Assembly (NCBI GenBank): GCA_963751345.1
Contig: CAVVUS010000023.1
Coordinates: 192,001 to 256,000 of the forward strand
Reading direction: 5' to 3'
Length of the DNA: 64,000 nt
DNA from: an uncultured Chloroflexia bacterium
GTDB lineage: Bacteria; Chloroflexota; Anaerolineae; B4-G1; SLSP01
The notes beneath the pieces are model-generated. The model did not search any database. It was not told where the DNA came from and saw nothing but the letters and a program-made list of their open reading frames with translations. Position numbers and translations under genes: made by a program. Below, piece after piece: positions 62,819 to 64,000 of the stretch (its first letter is position 1; the number at the start of each line of letters is the position of its first letter).

Positions 62819-63997
62819 ATGGATATCTTCATGAAGTGTGGGGAGTTCACCGACGCAGATAGTGCCCGCGAGGCCGGTCTCTATCCCTACTTCATTCCCC
62901 TGACGAACAACGAGGGGACGGAGGCGGTGATCGGGGATCATCACCTGATCATGATCGGCTCCAACAACTACCTGGGCCTCACCGTGCACCCTAAGGTTCG
63001 AGAGGCGGCGATGGCTGCGATCAAGACGTATGGGACGAGCTGTACCGGCTCTCGCTTTCTCAACGGCACCCTGGAGCTGCACCTTGAACTCGAACGACGG
63101 TTGGCCGAGTGGTTGGGCGTGGGACGCGCGCTGGTCTTCAGCACCGGCTACCAGGTGAACGTCGGCACGATCTCGGCCGTGGTGGGTCGCGACGATTTCG
63201 TCATCACGGACAAGGATGACCACGCCAGCATCATCGACGGGTGTCGCCTCTCCTACGGCACGATGAAGCGGTTCCCACACAACGATCTCGAGGCGCTGGA
63301 TCGGGTGCTGGCTTCGCTGCCGGAGGAGAGCGGTAAGCTGGTCGTCGTGGACGGCCTTTTCAGCATGGGAGGCGACATCGCGCCGCTGCCTGATCTGGTC
63401 GCGGTCTGCAAGAAGTACGAGGCGCGCCTCATGGTGGATGATGCTCACGCGATGGGCGTGCTCGGCGGCGGGCGCGGCACGGCGGCAGACTTCGGGCTGA
63501 CCGACGGCGTGGATTTGATCATGGGTACGTTCAGCAAGTCGTTCGCCTCGCTGGGCGGCTTCATCTCCGGTGATGCCGATGTCGTCGACTACATCCAGCA
63601 TCACGCGCGCTCGCTCATCTTCAGCGCCAGCATCCCGCCGGCCAACGCGGCAGCGGCGATGGCCGCCCTGGAGATCATGCAGGACGAGCCCGAGCGCATT
63701 CAGCGACTGATCGACATCGGCGCGACCATGCGCAGAGAGTACCGGGCGTTGGGATTCAACATCGGTGGCAGCCAGACACCGATTATCCCCATCATCATCG
63801 GTGATGACGACCGGACGCTGAAGTTCTGGAAGGCGCTTTTCGATGCCGGCGTCTACACGAACCCGGTCCTGTCGCCTGGGGTGCCTGCAGGGATGCAGTT
63901 GCTCCGCACGAGCTATATGGCCACGCACACCGACGAGCAGTTGGACAAGGTGCTGTCCACCTTCGAGCGCGTCGGGAAGCAATTGGGTGTGATTTAG
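62819..63997 (+). CDS. PLP-dependent alpha-oxoamine synthase, serine palmitoyltransferase-like
   Basis: GLYPYF, GSNNYLGL, YGTSCTGSRFLNGTL, DHASI, VDDAH, MGTFSKS, IFSAS, MATH. Confidence 0.85.
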   Translation: MDIFMKCGEFTDADSAREAGLYPYFIPLTNNEGTEAVIGDHHLIMIGSNNYLGLTVHPKVREAAMAAIKTYGTSCTGSRFLNGTLELHLELERRLAEWLGVGRALVFSTGYQVNVGTISAVVGRDDFVITDKDDHASIIDGCRLSYGTMKRFPHNDLEALDRVLASLPEESGKLVVVDGLFSMGGDIAPLPDLVAVCKKYEARLMVDDAHAMGVLGGGRGTAADFGLTDGVDLIMGTFSKSFASLGGFISGDADVVDYIQHHARSLIFSASIPPANAAAAMAALEIMQDEPERIQRLIDIGATMRREYRALGFNIGGSQTPIIPIIIGDDDRTLKFWKALFDAGVYTNPVLSPGVPAGMQLLRTSYMATHTDEQLDKVLSTFERVGKQLGVI

Positions 63998-64000
63998 AGG

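Noticed and set aside
61709-63982. 757-aa minus-strand ORF and similar long antisense ORFs (e.g. 54002-55318, 14423-15559, 43147-44271)
   Set aside because: Shadow frames of well-supported genes in high-GC DNA, with no recognisable motifs.
1-64000. Many frameshifted genes as pseudogenes or programmed frameshifts
   Set aside because: Single-base shifts hit unrelated genes, including murE, with motifs intact and almost no in-frame stops. Assembly indel error is the simplest explanation.

Overview
GC-rich (about 65% by eye) bacterial chromosomal window. Gene content and style suggest an anaerobic carbohydrate degrader, possibly Chloroflexota/Anaerolineae (inference only). More than 20 otherwise intact genes are broken by single-base frameshifts, which looks like an unpolished long-read assembly, so frameshifts and apparent fusions are treated cautiously. 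Contents: a GH63-like hydrolase with a sugar ABC transporter; four enolase-superfamily enzymes; UxuA; a heparinase II/III-like lyase; NfeD/slipin; an ars-type operon with two matching operators; a GH2-GNAT fusion; a stand-alone MurE with Def; three sensor kinases and three response regulators; a large secreted multicopper oxidase with FN3 repeats; and a serine palmitoyltransferase-like gene. Two highlights. (1) A lasso-peptide (RiPP) cluster at about 46.6-51.5 kb: HPr-type kinase, sulfotransferase, RRE (B1), peptidase (B2) and cyclase (C) on the minus strand, plus an easily missed convergent precursor with a paeninodin-type leader and an unusually long core starting GGHGHEVD. (2) A frameshift-free polypeptide of about 1337 aa that fuses an FGGY kinase, a 2-hydroxyacid dehydrogenase, an SCP2 domain and a class II aldolase. 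No rRNA, tRNA, CRISPR array, transposase or prophage was recognised.
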